Source: Thermodesulfobacteriota bacterium
Lineage (GTDB): Bacteria; Desulfobacterota_D; UBA1144
DNA: 64,000 nt
Reading direction: 5' to 3'
NCBI GenBank assembly: GCA_036340075.1
Contig: JAYYZJ010000004.1
Location: 8,614 to 72,613, forward strand
Shown: piece after piece, positions 30,882-42,154 of the stretch
How the letters are laid out: each line of letters begins with the position of its first letter
How positions within the stretch are numbered: the stretch's first letter is position 1
Notes under the pieces: model-generated
Seen by the model: the letters and a program-made list of their open reading frames with translations, nothing else
What the model was told of the DNA's origin: nothing
Database searches by the model: none
Translations under genes and position numbers: made by a program

Positions 30882-31886
30882 TTAATTGAAGCTTATATTC
30901 ATAGCTTCTTTGATAATCTCAATATTACTTTTTGCAATTTCTCTAGCCTTTTTTGAACCCTGAGAAATTATATCAAAAATTTCAGTTTTATTCTTCAACA
31001 CTTGTTCTCTTTTATTACGAATGGGGTCAAGGAAAATGTTTATATTCTTAGATAAGGATTTTTTTACTTCAACATCTCCTATTTTTCCCTTTTTATATCT
31101 ATTTTTAAAATCTTCAAGCTCTTCTTTGTCAGAATTAAAAATATCATGATATATAAATACTGGATTTCCGTCAACTTCACCTGGAATATCAGCACTTGTT
31201 CTCTTTGGATCAGTAAACATTTTCATGACTTTTTTATGAACTTCTTTTTCAGAATCGCTTAAATAAATGCAATTGTTTAATGATTTACTCATCTTACTTT
31301 GTCCATCGATTCCTACAAGCCTAGAATTCTTACTTATTAAAGGCTCAGGTTCCTTAAACACATCTTTATAGTTTGAATTAAATTTTCTTGCCAATTCTCT
31401 TGCAAGCTCTACATGACTCAACTGATCCTCTCCTACTGGTACCTTTGTCGCGTTAAATATTAGAATGTCACATGACATCAAAACAGGATAAGACAAGAGA
31501 CCCAAAGAATAGTTCTCTTTAAGATTTAAATCTGATATTTTTTCTTTTAGGGTTGGTATTCTCTGAACTCTTGGTACCGAACAAAGCATAGACATGAGAA
31601 CAGTTAATTCAGAAATTTCTGGAACTAAAGATTGAAGATAGAAACACGATTTATTTGGATCTAAACCCACAGATAACCAATCAATAACGAGCTCTTCAAT
31701 ATTAGACCTTAATTCACCTACTCTTTCTTGGTGAGTAGTAAGCATATGTAGGTCAGCTATCAAAAAGTAACATTCATAAGTATCTTGAAGTGACAGCCTA
31801 TTTTCTAATGTTCCAACATAATGACCAAGGTGTAGATTTCCAGTTGGTCTATCTCCAGTAACCAAAACTTCTTTACTTTTTTTCAT
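30882..31886 (-). CDS. trpS: Tryptophan--tRNA ligase
   Basis: GDRPTG, HLGH, VPVGEDQ, KMSKS. Confidence 0.96.
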   Translation of the reverse strand: MKKSKEVLVTGDRPTGNLHLGHYVGTLENRLSLQDTYECYFLIADLHMLTTHQERVGELRSNIEELVIDWLSVGLDPNKSCFYLQSLVPEISELTVLMSMLCSVPRVQRIPTLKEKISDLNLKENYSLGLLSYPVLMSCDILIFNATKVPVGEDQLSHVELARELARKFNSNYKDVFKEPEPLISKNSRLVGIDGQSKMSKSLNNCIYLSDSEKEVHKKVMKMFTDPKRTSADIPGEVDGNPVFIYHDIFNSDKEELEDFKNRYKKGKIGDVEVKKSLSKNINIFLDPIRNKREQVLKNKTEIFDIISQGSKKAREIAKSNIEIIKEAMNISFN

Positions 31887-31951
31887 AAATTATAATTAAA
31901 TATGATATCTTAGTATCCGCAAAACGGCCAGAGATATGAAATTTGAAATCT

Positions 31952-32026
31952 CGCGCCTGGAAGGACTCGAACCCTCGACCTCCAGAGCCGTAATCTGGCG
32001 CTCTAATCCAACTGAGCTACAGGCGC
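31952..32026 (-). tRNA. tRNA-Arg(ACG)
   Basis: GCGCCTG acceptor, CCAGA-TT ACG GC-TCTGG anticodon arm, GTTCGAGT; no CCA. Confidence 0.95.
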
Positions 32027-32031
32027 AAATA

Positions 32032-32121
<90 letters not shown>

Positions 32122-32132
32122 AGAAGACTGAA

Positions 32133-32141
32133 ATTATAGCA
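32133..32141 (-). promoter_or_regulatory. Extended -10 promoter for tRNA-Ser/tRNA-Arg
   Basis: TGCTATAAT 11 nt upstream of the tRNA-Ser 5' end. Confidence 0.55.
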
Positions 32142-32156
32142 CAATTAATAAATAAA

Positions 32157-33467
32157 TTATGTCTGATGAACAGGTAAAAATAAATCTGTAAAATTTTTAA
32201 CTGGTGTAAAGGATTTTTCGGAAATTTCAACAAAAGTAGTATGCCAATTATGCATTGAACCATTCCACAAACCTGGCTTCTCTACGAATATTGCTTCTTT
32301 CTCTAAAATATTTTTCTTAGTTTTCATTTGAAGTGACATGTTTGAGTATTCAGATAAATCATACTTAAGGCCTTTCGAATCTTTAAATGAACAAATCATT
32401 TCTACAGGATTAAAGTAAGTGCCTAGCTCCCAAATCTTTTTTTGTTCTCTATTGTTAAAGTCAACTTGGGATTCCTCGACAATTTGAAGTGAAAGATCCG
32501 TGCCATCTGAGACCCAAAAAGGCTTGCCACCTTTTGAATTTTGATCTTTTATAACTCCACATACTCGTATTGGTTTACCTAAAGTTTTGTTTTTATCTTT
32601 AATATTTCGTATTAACTTATACAGCATCTTCGTAATTTCATATCGTAAAGATTTAGTTTTTGGTGAAAGATTATCAATATTATTAATCAGAATATAATCA
32701 GAATTAATTTCATTAAGATTTTTTAATAATGCACCATGACCTGAAGGATGGGTATATACCAGCCCGTCTTCTTTTCTTAGGACATTTTTGTTTTCATCAA
32801 AACACAAACTATCAGTTGAGTGGTCTTGATAAGTAAATTTTACAAATTCTTCAAAGTTAATATCATTTATGAACTTAGAGTTCTCTAATTTTTTAAAATA
32901 TTCGTCTTTATTCTCTTCCTGTATAGCAAAGATTAAATTTGAATTTACAATATCATTAGCAAAATAACTAATTATTTCTTCAATTGGTGAAACAGATAAA
33001 TTGTTTATTTTATGAAATGGCAATAAAGCTTTAGGTGTATTTTTAAGATTCAATTTAAAATCTGATAATAATATATCTTCGAGTTCATCAATATTCTTTT
33101 CTTTTATTATTGCTTCTAAATCAATATTATTTTTAGCAGAAAAATCATAAATTAATTCAAAGATTGGTGTAAATTTGAGATTATTAAAAAATGATTTATC
33201 GGAATCTTTTAACTGAAACATTCTTGTTCCAAATCCAGAAGCAGGAATAAATCTTGATATTTCATCTTCTGATTCATTTTTTAAATCAGCTATATTAACT
33301 GCTTCTTCTTTTGAAATAATTCCATCTCCCACAACACATGGCCTTATCAATTTTAGTTTAATTGGGTTATGTGAATCTAGAAATGATATTTGAGAATCTA
33401 TATCTGATTTATTAATCCCAATAGATTCCAAATAAGATAAATCATTCTTGCTTATACTATGAATCAT
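32157..33467 (-). CDS. DUF4301 family protein (nucleotidyltransferase-like)
   Basis: FIPASG..RMF, PSGHGALL, NIDN, PIRVCG, GGKPFWV, FNPV, PGLWNGSM..W, FTPVK. Confidence 0.8.
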   Translation of the reverse strand: MIHSISKNDLSYLESIGINKSDIDSQISFLDSHNPIKLKLIRPCVVGDGIISKEEAVNIADLKNESEDEISRFIPASGFGTRMFQLKDSDKSFFNNLKFTPIFELIYDFSAKNNIDLEAIIKEKNIDELEDILLSDFKLNLKNTPKALLPFHKINNLSVSPIEEIISYFANDIVNSNLIFAIQEENKDEYFKKLENSKFINDINFEEFVKFTYQDHSTDSLCFDENKNVLRKEDGLVYTHPSGHGALLKNLNEINSDYILINNIDNLSPKTKSLRYEITKMLYKLIRNIKDKNKTLGKPIRVCGVIKDQNSKGGKPFWVSDGTDLSLQIVEESQVDFNNREQKKIWELGTYFNPVEMICSFKDSKGLKYDLSEYSNMSLQMKTKKNILEKEAIFVEKPGLWNGSMHNWHTTFVEISEKSFTPVKNFTDLFLPVHQT

Positions 33468-33475
33468 AATATTAA

Positions 33476-33549
33476 CGGGGCCGACGGGATTCGAACCCGC
33501 GACCTCTGGCGTGACAGGCCAGCGTTCTAACCAGCTGAACTACGACCCC
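33476..33549 (-). tRNA. tRNA-Asp(GTC)
   Basis: GGGGTCG acceptor, CTGGC-CT GTC AC-GCCAG; no CCA. Confidence 0.96.
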
Positions 33550-33560
33550 TTTAAATTCAT

Positions 33561-33632
33561 TGGGCGCTACAGGATTTGAACCTGTGACATCTTCCTTGTA
33601 AGGGAAGCGCTCTCCCGCTGAGCTAAGCGCCC
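33561..33632 (-). tRNA. tRNA-Val(TAC)
   Basis: GGGCGCT acceptor, CTTCC-CT TAC AA-GGAAG; no CCA. Confidence 0.96.
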
Positions 33633-33644
33633 GAATAGTTCTGT

Positions 33645-33672
33645 ATAGTATATTGAGCGGTTTAAATGTCAA
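33645..33672 (-). promoter_or_regulatory. sigma70 promoter for tRNA-Val/tRNA-Asp
   Basis: TTGACA (overlapping the lon TGA stop), 16 nt, TACTAT. Confidence 0.6.
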
Positions 33673-36065
33673 GATAACCCGATAGGCTTCTCAGTCTTTT
33701 CAGTATCTACTGGAATATCAGGAACTACTAAATCTTCTAGAACGGGTTTGTCAGAAATAATAGCATGAGGAATCACTTCGTCCATGTGATTAACCAATAC
33801 TATATTTACATCTTTCAAAACTTCTTTAGGTATATCAGCTAAATCTTTTTCGTTCTCTTTAGGAATTAGTACTACTTTTACCCCACCTCTGTGAGCTGCA
33901 AGAATTTTTTCTTTAAGTCCACCAATAGGAAGAACTCTTCCTCTTAATGTAATCTCTCCGGTCATAGCAAGGTCTCTTTTAACTTCCTTTTGAATTAATG
34001 CAGAAAGTATAGCAGTAGCCATGGCAATACCTGCAGACGGTCCATCCTTTGGCTGGGCTCCTTCTGGAATATGAACATGTATATCAATTTTTTGATAAAA
34101 ACTTCTATCTAGACCGAGTCTTTTTGCTCTAGATCTTACATAACTCATAGCGGCTCTAGTTGATTCTTGCATAACCTCTCCAAGTTTTCCAGTTACAGTA
34201 AAGGTGCCTTTACCAGGAACAACACTCACTTCAACATTCAGTATCTCTCCTCCTACCTCTGTCCAAGCTAACCCTGTTGACATACCTATTTGATTCTTAT
34301 CTTCTATTTCACCATGTTTGAATTTCGGCACACCTAAAAATTTTTGCACTATTTTTGGATTAATACTAAGTGAATAATCCTTACCATTTTTAACAACTTC
34401 TTTAGCTGTTTTTCTACAAACAGTTCCGATTTCTCTCTCTAATGTTCTTACTCCTGCTTCTCTTGTATACCTTTGGATTAAAAAATTCAAAGACTTATCA
34501 GAGATTCTAATGTTTGAATCGGAAAGTCCATTATTTTCAACTTGTTTAGGTATTAAATATTTTTTAGCTATAGCATTTTTCTCTAACTCTGTATATCCTG
34601 AAAGTTTTATAATTTCCATTCTATCTTGTAAGGCCCAAGGTATTGTATGTAATACATTAGCTGTAGTTATAAATAAAACCTGAGAAAGATCATAGTCGAC
34701 TTCTAAATAATGATCATTGAAATTATTGTTCTGTTCAGGATCAAGAGCTTCTAGTAATGCGGAAGACGGATCTCCTCTAAAATCTGTTCCTATTTTATCT
34801 ATTTCATCAAGTAGAAAAACTGGGTTCTTTGATCCAGCCTTCTTCATTCCTTGTATTATTTTTCCTGGAAGTGCTCCAATATAGGTTCTTCTGTGTCCTC
34901 TAATTTCAGCTTCATCTCGAACTCCGCCTAAAGACATCCTAACAAATTTTCTACCCATTGCTCTTGCTACTGACTTTGCCAAAGAAGTCTTTCCAACTCC
35001 TGGGGGTCCAACAAGACATAATATTGGTCCTTTTTGTTTTGACGTTAAAGCTCTTACTGCAAGATACTCAGTTATTCTTTCTTTTGGTTTTTCAAGACCA
35101 AAATGATCTTCATCTAAAACTTCTTGAGCTTTGTCAATCGACATTTCGTCCTTAGTAGTGTCATTGTTCCAAGGCAATGTAACTAGCCAATCGATATAAT
35201 TTCTTACAACTGTTGCTTCAGCAGACATAGAAGACATACTTTTTAGCTTTCTTATCTCTTTTTCTATTCTTTTTTTAATATCGTCAGGTATGTCTTTCTT
35301 CTTTAATTGCTCTTCAAATTCTGCTATCTCACTTTTTAAATCATCCTTGTCGCCAAGTTCTTTTTGTATAGCTTTCATTTGTTCAGTTAGATAGTATTCT
35401 TTCTGAGCTTTTTCCATCTGTTTCTTTACTCTATTTCTAATTTTCTTTTCCACCTGAAGTATTTCTAATTCAGATTGAATTTTTCCATATAATATTTCTA
35501 ATCTTTCTGAACAATCTAAACATTCTAGAACTTCTTGTTTATCTGTTAGTTTAAAACTAAGATGTGAAGCAATAGTATCAGAAAGTTTGCTAGAATCTTC
35601 AATTGAAGAGATAGTAACAAGGGTTTCAGTTGGTACCTTCTTATTAAGTTTCGCATATTCCTCAAATGATTCTGTAAGAGTCCTCATCATTGCATTAGTT
35701 TCTACATTTGTATCGTTTGTTTCTTTTAGGTCTTCTACATTTACGCTAATAAATTTATTTTCATCTGAAAAACTTTTAAGTAATGCTCTATTCTGCCCTT
35801 CTACTAAAACTTTAACTGTTCCATCAGGCAACCTAAGCATTTGAACTATACTGCCCACAGTACCTATTGTATAAATATCTTCAGGGCCCGGGTCATTTGT
35901 TTTTGCATCTTTTTGAGCACATAGAAGTATCTTTTTATCATTCTTCATTGCTTCTTCAAGAGCTCTAATCGATCTCTCTCTTCCAACAAAAAGTGGTGCA
36001 ACCATGTGTGGGAAAATAACAACGTCTCTTAGTGGAAGAAGTGGTATAGTGTAAGTCGTTTCCAT
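33669..36065 (-). CDS. lon: Lon protease
   Basis: [46 protein letters not shown]. Confidence 0.98.
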   Translation of the reverse strand: METTYTIPLLPLRDVVIFPHMVAPLFVGRERSIRALEEAMKNDKKILLCAQKDAKTNDPGPEDIYTIGTVGSIVQMLRLPDGTVKVLVEGQNRALLKSFSDENKFISVNVEDLKETNDTNVETNAMMRTLTESFEEYAKLNKKVPTETLVTISSIEDSSKLSDTIASHLSFKLTDKQEVLECLDCSERLEILYGKIQSELEILQVEKKIRNRVKKQMEKAQKEYYLTEQMKAIQKELGDKDDLKSEIAEFEEQLKKKDIPDDIKKRIEKEIRKLKSMSSMSAEATVVRNYIDWLVTLPWNNDTTKDEMSIDKAQEVLDEDHFGLEKPKERITEYLAVRALTSKQKGPILCLVGPPGVGKTSLAKSVARAMGRKFVRMSLGGVRDEAEIRGHRRTYIGALPGKIIQGMKKAGSKNPVFLLDEIDKIGTDFRGDPSSALLEALDPEQNNNFNDHYLEVDYDLSQVLFITTANVLHTIPWALQDRMEIIKLSGYTELEKNAIAKKYLIPKQVENNGLSDSNIRISDKSLNFLIQRYTREAGVRTLEREIGTVCRKTAKEVVKNGKDYSLSINPKIVQKFLGVPKFKHGEIEDKNQIGMSTGLAWTEVGGEILNVEVSVVPGKGTFTVTGKLGEVMQESTRAAMSYVRSRAKRLGLDRSFYQKIDIHVHIPEGAQPKDGPSAGIAMATAILSALIQKEVKRDLAMTGEITLRGRVLPIGGLKEKILAAHRGGVKVVLIPKENEKDLADIPKEVLKDVNIVLVNHMDEVIPHAIISDKPVLEDLVVPDIPVDTEKTEKPIGLS

Positions 36066-36173
36066 TATAAACCTCCTTACTGTCTTATATATTCAAAGTT
36101 AACCATTAAATGAATTTATGCAAGGTTTTTGTATAAAATACTTAAAAAACTCTTGAAAATGGCAAGTTTTATA

Positions 36174-37451
36174 TCAATTTGAAGCCGTTTTTGCCTCATT
36201 ATCAAAAGTTAGAAGTGGAGAAGTCCCCTTTTTAATTACATCTTCTGTTATTAGACATTTTTTTAAACCTTGCAATGATGGTATTTCATAAATTAATTCA
36301 AGAATTGAATTCTCAATAATTGACCTTAATCCCCTGGCTCCTGTATCTCTTTTTATTGCTTCTTTTGCAATTGCTACTAACGAATCTTCAGTAAACTCCA
36401 AAGAGACTTTATCGTTAATCTTAACTAATTTCTGATATTGTTTAACTAAAGCATTTTTCGGTTCAGTAAGTATCCTGATTAAAGCATCTTCGTCTAACTT
36501 GTCTAGAGATGAAATTACTGGGACTCTGCCTATAAATTCTGGTATAAAACCAAATTTGATTAAATCTTCTGAATGTAAAGACTTCATACATTCACTCAAC
36601 TCCAATTCTTTTGAGCTTTTAGTCTCATTTTGACCAAAGCCAATAGTGTTTCTTCCTATTCTTGCTGCTATTAACTTATCAAGCCCGCTGAAGGATCCTC
36701 CTAAAATAAAAAGTATTTTGGTTGTATCTATAGGTATAAAATCTTGTTGTGGATGTTTTCTCCCTTGCTTTGGAGGTACATTAACTATAGAACCTTCTAT
36801 TATTTTCAATAATGCCTGTTGTACTCCTTCTCCAGATACGTCTCTTGTTATAGATGGACTATCACCGCTTTTTCGTGCAAGTTTATCAATTTCATCAATA
36901 TATATTATTCCTCTTTCAGTTTCTTTGGTGTCAAAATCAGCTGCCTGATGCAAACTAAAAAGCATGCTTTCTACATCTTCTCCAACATATCCTGCTTCCG
37001 TATAACAGGTAGCATCTACAATTGTAAAAGGTACATTTAGAAATTTTGCAAGGGTTTGAGCAAGCAATGTCTTTCCGGATCCAGTTGGTCCAATAAGCAT
37101 TATATTACTTTTCTCTATCTCAACTTCTTCGTCTTGATTCTTTCTTTTCTTAGGAGCTGAATTGTGCTCGATTCTCTTATAATGATTATAAACAGCAACT
37201 GATAAATATTTTTTTGCTTGATCTTGTCCTATTACATAAGAATCTAAATGTGCTTTTATCTCTTGAGGAATTGGGAGCTCTGTTTTTTCAACAGATTCGA
37301 CAGTTTGAATTTCTTCGTCTTCTATGATTTCAACACATAAATCTACACATTCATTACAAATATAAACGGTCGGTCCCGCTATTAGCTTTTTAACTTCCTT
37401 CTGACTTTTTTGACAAAATGAGCATATAAGGTTATCTCTCGCAGGCGACAT
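36174..37451 (-). CDS. clpX: ATP-dependent Clp protease ATP-binding subunit
   Basis: CSFC Zn finger, [31 protein letters not shown] loop. Confidence 0.98.
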   Translation of the reverse strand: MSPARDNLICSFCQKSQKEVKKLIAGPTVYICNECVDLCVEIIEDEEIQTVESVEKTELPIPQEIKAHLDSYVIGQDQAKKYLSVAVYNHYKRIEHNSAPKKRKNQDEEVEIEKSNIMLIGPTGSGKTLLAQTLAKFLNVPFTIVDATCYTEAGYVGEDVESMLFSLHQAADFDTKETERGIIYIDEIDKLARKSGDSPSITRDVSGEGVQQALLKIIEGSIVNVPPKQGRKHPQQDFIPIDTTKILFILGGSFSGLDKLIAARIGRNTIGFGQNETKSSKELELSECMKSLHSEDLIKFGFIPEFIGRVPVISSLDKLDEDALIRILTEPKNALVKQYQKLVKINDKVSLEFTEDSLVAIAKEAIKRDTGARGLRSIIENSILELIYEIPSLQGLKKCLITEDVIKKGTSPLLTFDNEAKTASN

Positions 37452-38047
37452 TATACTTTCTCCTCTTTTTTAGTGATAATATTATCAATGATTCCATACT
37501 CTAAGGCCTCTTTGGCGGTCTGGTAAAAATTTCTTTGTAGATCTATGCTAATTTGAGCTTCTTCTTTTTTTAGATGCTTAGAAAGAATTTTGGATAATAT
37601 TTCCTGTTTTCTTTTTGTTTCTTCCATTTCTTTTTCTAAGTCATGAAATTGACCATCTAATCTTGTTCCGACTGAGTGAAGCATGATAGTTGAATTGGGT
37701 AATGAATTTCTTTTTTTATTTGCACCACTTGCAAGTAATACTGCTCCCATACTAGCAGCTAGACCAAAACAAAGTGTTGATACGTCTGGTTTAACATATT
37801 GCATTGCATCATAAATTGCTAGACCTGATGTAACGCTTCCACCGGGGGAATTAATGTACAAATTTATATCTTTTTTGCTATCAACAGATTCAAGAAATAA
37901 AATCTGTGCAACTACAACATTTGCTACATTGTCATCTATTGCGCCTCCAATAAAAACAATCCTCTCATTAAGTAGTCTGGAATAAATATCGTAGGCTCTT
38001 TCTCCACCTGATCCTTGTTCTACAACATAAGGTATGAAACTTGACAT
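37451..38047 (-). CDS. clpP: Clp protease proteolytic subunit (catalytic Asp apparently replaced by Asn)
   Basis: [33 protein letters not shown]; between tig and clpX. Confidence 0.93.
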   Translation of the reverse strand: MSSFIPYVVEQGSGGERAYDIYSRLLNERIVFIGGAIDDNVANVVVAQILFLESVDSKKDINLYINSPGGSVTSGLAIYDAMQYVKPDVSTLCFGLAASMGAVLLASGANKKRNSLPNSTIMLHSVGTRLDGQFHDLEKEMEETKRKQEILSKILSKHLKKEEAQISIDLQRNFYQTAKEALEYGIIDNIITKKEEKV

Positions 38048-38103
38048 AATGCAGTCTAATTTAAACAAAATTTATTTTATAGTCAATTAAGCAAAATGCT
38101 TAA

Positions 38104-39393
38104 CTATTTAGGGACTTTTGCTTTAATTTCCTTAATTTTTGCCTTAGAAATAAGAAATTTAATAACTTTTTCATCTGCTAGCTTAGCTCTAATATCGTCA
38201 ACAAGATTATTTTCTTGATAATATTTCTTAATTTTTTCTATCGGAACATTTTGAGTAGAAGCCATACTGTTAAAGACTTCTTCTATCTCTTCATCAGAGA
38301 CAGATATCTTCTCTAATTTTGCAATCTCTGCAAAGATAAGTGCAAGATTAATGTTTCTTTTTGCAGACTCGCTGATTAGCTCACTGGTTTTAGCGTCTAC
38401 CTTGTCTAAATTCATCCCTTGTTCTTTCATTCTATTGATATATTCATTTGTGAGTCTTTCCTCTTCGTTTTTGACAAAAAAATCTGGGAATTCTAATTTG
38501 TTCTTTGAAACTAATAGGTCTCCTAAATTCTTCCTTAGAGAAGACTCGGACTTTGAATCGAAAGATTTTGTTAAATCTTCTTTAACTCTTTCCTCTAGTT
38601 GTTTTTTTGATTCGAAACCAATTCTTTTTAAAAACTCTTTATCTAATTTTGGTACGACTCTCTTTAGAATCTTGTTGACTTTTATATTACATTCTATTCT
38701 TTTCCCTGCTGCGCTTTGGATTGGAAAATCAACAGGATAGTTAACATCAAAAGTTTTTTCTTCTTCTTGATTCATTTTTAATAATTCCTTTTCTATCTCT
38801 GGAATCAAGGATTTATTTCCGAGTGAAATAACAGCATTGTCACGTGATAATTCTTTGATTAATTGATCACCAAATTTTCCTGAGAAATTAATCTCCAATA
38901 TATCTAAGTCTTTTACTTTTTTTCTATTTTTTATTTCTTCGTTTGTAGCAAAATTCTCCAAGAGATTTTTTATAGCATCGTCAATATCCTTCTTCTTTAC
39001 AGAAAAGATTTCTTTTTTAACTTCTACTGAATCATACTTAGATAATTTAATTTCTGGAATAAATTCCACCGTTAAAGAAAAGGAGAAATCTTGGTCCTTT
39101 CTTATTTCGTCAGACTCTAAATCTTTAGTTCTTACAATGTTTAGTTTTTGTTCAGATGCAAGTTTTCTTAGATTTAAATTAATCAATCTAGTGCGTAATT
39201 CTTCATTTATTTCATTTGAATACATGGATTCAACAACATTACTAGGCACTTTTCCTTTTCTGAATCCTTTTATTTCAGCATCTTTCTGAAATAGCTTAAC
39301 TACATCGGCAAAGTTGTCATTTACGTCAGATTTACTAACAATAATCTTCGCTTTTTTTTCTGTTTTACTTAAATCATTTATCTCAAATCCCAT
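38104..39393 (-). CDS. tig: Trigger factor
   Basis: IKGFRKGKVP ribosome-binding motif, FKBP-like domain; start at ATG 39393 after tRNA-Leu. Confidence 0.92.
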   Translation of the reverse strand: MGFEINDLSKTEKKAKIIVSKSDVNDNFADVVKLFQKDAEIKGFRKGKVPSNVVESMYSNEINEELRTRLINLNLRKLASEQKLNIVRTKDLESDEIRKDQDFSFSLTVEFIPEIKLSKYDSVEVKKEIFSVKKKDIDDAIKNLLENFATNEEIKNRKKVKDLDILEINFSGKFGDQLIKELSRDNAVISLGNKSLIPEIEKELLKMNQEEEKTFDVNYPVDFPIQSAAGKRIECNIKVNKILKRVVPKLDKEFLKRIGFESKKQLEERVKEDLTKSFDSKSESSLRKNLGDLLVSKNKLEFPDFFVKNEEERLTNEYINRMKEQGMNLDKVDAKTSELISESAKRNINLALIFAEIAKLEKISVSDEEIEEVFNSMASTQNVPIEKIKKYYQENNLVDDIRAKLADEKVIKFLISKAKIKEIKAKVPK

Positions 39394-39405
39394 ATCGTCT
39401 CCAAT

Positions 39406-39487
39406 TGGGAGCGGGGAGACTCGAACTCCCACACCCGAAGGCGCTAGATCCTAAATCTAGTGCGTCTACCAATTCCGCCACGCTCCC
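39406..39487 (-). tRNA. tRNA-Leu(TAG)
   Basis: GGGAGCG acceptor, CTAGA-TT TAG GA-TCTAG, variable arm; no CCA. Confidence 0.95.
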
Positions 39488-39556
39488 ATTCACAATATTT
39501 GTATCTTGTGAAAGAGTAAATATAATCGTTATCCATACAAAATCAATTAATGTAGT

Positions 39557-42154
39557 TTATGCTGGATCGACTGACACGGTTACTTTGTTTTTTTTGTAAA
39601 GATAATTTTGTATGGCTTTATTTATTGATTCTTGAGAGACTTTCCTAATTTTTTCTGAGAAATCAAAAGGTTCAGTTAAATCTAAATTATATAATGCTGC
39701 ATGAGAAATTCTTGCATTAATAGAGGAGTTTCTTTGAAGCGATATGTCATTTCTTCCAATTAAATAATTTTTTGCTCTTTCTAGTTCTTTTTCTGTTACT
39801 CCATTACTTGCTAAATTTTCAATCTCTTTATTAATCGAATCAATGCTTTGATTTTTCTTATCTGGTGAACAGCCAATGTAGACACCAAAATATCCATAAT
39901 CAAGATTAGGATTAAAAAATGATGATACCGTATAAGCTAAACTTCTTTTTTCTCGTAATTCCATAAATAACCTGCCTCCCATTCCAGACAAGATAGAATT
40001 AATTAAATGAAAAGCATACTTATCATCAGAATGTAGATTTGGAGCATAAGTTCCAATGATTATGTGAGACTGTTCTTTATCGCCCATCTTTATCGACTCG
40101 TTGATATCATGATTTATCAATTTGCAGTCATCATTATTAGGGAAGTCTGTCTTGGCTTGTTCAAGCAAAAGAGACTCATCTAATTTGTCTACTAATTCAA
40201 CAACATCAAAATTTCCTACTGCAGAGAGATATATATTGTTTTTTGATATAAAGTTTTGGTGTGCTCTTACTAAATTATCTCTATTTATGTTGGCAATACT
40301 TTCTTCAGTACCAAATTGATCGAAAGAGTATGGATGGTTATTGAATAACAATTCAAAAAATTTATCGGCTACTATGGAAGCATAATTCTGCTTTTTTCTA
40401 TTTAAATATGAAAGTACATCTTTTTTTGCTATTTTGATTTCCGAGTCAGAAAAAACTGGTCTTGCTATGACATCAGAAAATATAGGAACAAGCTCGTTAA
40501 GATTTGCACTTGGTCCTATCATTTTTAACCCTAGACTATTTCTTCCTGAAAATCCTTCAATTTCTGCCGCTAAAATTTCTGTATTCATTGCTATATAATC
40601 TTTACTATAATTTTCAGAACCTCTAGTAAATAATTCTGAAAGTAAGTTGAATTTCCCATTTATATTTTTTGTTTCAAATTTTGATCCACCTAATGAAACT
40701 GATCTAAGAGATATTAGAGGTGTTTTTTTATTTTGTAATACAATTAATTTTACTCCCCCCTTTAAATTTAAAACTTTGGGAACTGAGTAATCAATATCAA
40801 AAGTATTATAGCTTTTTGAAACAAATGAACTAAAAGTCTTTTTGTCATACGAAAGCTCTTCTTTGAAAGATTTTTTTAGAAGAATTTTGAGTTGTTCAGA
40901 GCTTTCTTTTTTTGAGTCCTTTGGCAAAATTAGATTTAAAGATAAGTTTTCGGGTTTGATAAATTGATTAGAAATCTCGCTAAGCTTTTCTGGGCTTATT
41001 GATTTTATGGAGTCTAAATATATTTTTTCAAAATCAAGAGATCCTGCTTCAGACTCTAAAAAGCCAATTTTTTGTGCCTGGCTTTGAACAGTTTCGTTTT
41101 CATAAAGATTCTGGGTCAATAGTTCAGTTTTTGCTCTCTGAAATTGGTTGGAATCAAAATCAAGATTAATTACTTTTCGAGTCTCTTCAATAATTAACTT
41201 TAGTGAATCTTTAAGATTGCTTGATAAAACTGTACCCCCTATGACGAATACCCCTCCATGTCTTGCTGAAAAATTATATGAGTAAATCGAAGTCACGAGT
41301 CCTAGTTCTTCTTTTAATTTTTTGTTCAATATAGAACTCTCTCCAGAACCTAACATTACTCCAAAGAGATCGAGAGTACTTGTTTTCATATTAGAGGCTT
41401 TTTCAGTTCTAAATGAAAGAGCAAAATAAGTTTCATTGACCTCTCGATAATCAACATCAACATTAAGTCCTGTCGCTTGAAACTTATCAGAAAATTTTTC
41501 ATCAGCAACATCTTTTGATTTAATTTTGCCAAATGTTGCATCTATATTATCTTTTAAATCTTTTCCTTCTTTTCCGGTAACAACTATTAAATTCATATTT
41601 TTCGCATGATACCACTTGTTGTAAAAGGCTTCTAAATCTTCTCTTTTGAATCTGCTTACGCTCTTTGGAGTTCCTATAATTGGCAATCCATAATTGTTAT
41701 CCTTGAAAGACTGAGAAAAAATCATCTGACTTAAACATCTACTTGGGCTATCCTCACCCCTTTTTATTTCCTCTAGAATAACCTCTAATTCTTTTTTTAA
41801 TTCATCTTCATCAAATAATGGATTAGAAACAGATTCGGAAAGTATATTGAGAGCAATATCGGCAAAATCATTTGAAATTGTTGTGTAGTAAACAGTTTCA
41901 TCATAAGAAGTAAAAGCATTTATATCCCCGCCGTGAGATTCGATTTGCCTTGAAATTTCTCCTACTTTGAGATTTGGAGTTCCTTTGAAGATCATATGTT
42001 CATTTACATGAGCAATTCCTCTCTGGGAATCGTCCTCATAAGCACTTCCTGTATTTATCCATACAAAAATTGAAGTAACAGGAGATAAAAAATCTGTCTT
42101 AATTATTACTTTTAAACCATTATCTAAAAAATATTGGGTAATTTCTTCTGACAT
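39557..42154 (-). CDS. M16 family zinc metallopeptidase (two fused modules)
   Basis: HVNEH (HXXEH), NAFTS, C-terminal RLFMELREKRSLAY. Confidence 0.9.
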   Translation of the reverse strand: MSEEITQYFLDNGLKVIIKTDFLSPVTSIFVWINTGSAYEDDSQRGIAHVNEHMIFKGTPNLKVGEISRQIESHGGDINAFTSYDETVYYTTISNDFADIALNILSESVSNPLFDEDELKKELEVILEEIKRGEDSPSRCLSQMIFSQSFKDNNYGLPIIGTPKSVSRFKREDLEAFYNKWYHAKNMNLIVVTGKEGKDLKDNIDATFGKIKSKDVADEKFSDKFQATGLNVDVDYREVNETYFALSFRTEKASNMKTSTLDLFGVMLGSGESSILNKKLKEELGLVTSIYSYNFSARHGGVFVIGGTVLSSNLKDSLKLIIEETRKVINLDFDSNQFQRAKTELLTQNLYENETVQSQAQKIGFLESEAGSLDFEKIYLDSIKSISPEKLSEISNQFIKPENLSLNLILPKDSKKESSEQLKILLKKSFKEELSYDKKTFSSFVSKSYNTFDIDYSVPKVLNLKGGVKLIVLQNKKTPLISLRSVSLGGSKFETKNINGKFNLLSELFTRGSENYSKDYIAMNTEILAAEIEGFSGRNSLGLKMIGPSANLNELVPIFSDVIARPVFSDSEIKIAKKDVLSYLNRKKQNYASIVADKFFELLFNNHPYSFDQFGTEESIANINRDNLVRAHQNFISKNNIYLSAVGNFDVVELVDKLDESLLLEQAKTDFPNNDDCKLINHDINESIKMGDKEQSHIIIGTYAPNLHSDDKYAFHLINSILSGMGGRLFMELREKRSLAYTVSSFFNPNLDYGYFGVYIGCSPDKKNQSIDSINKEIENLASNGVTEKELERAKNYLIGRNDISLQRNSSINARISHAALYNLDLTEPFDFSEKIRKVSQESINKAIQNYLYKKNKVTVSVDPA

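Noticed and set aside
36159..36173. TGGCA sequence as a possible sigma-54 site
   Set aside because: No -12 TGC element at the right spacing, and it faces away from lon.
39557..42154. Second M16 module lacks HXXEH
   Set aside because: Normal architecture for fused M16 peptidases.
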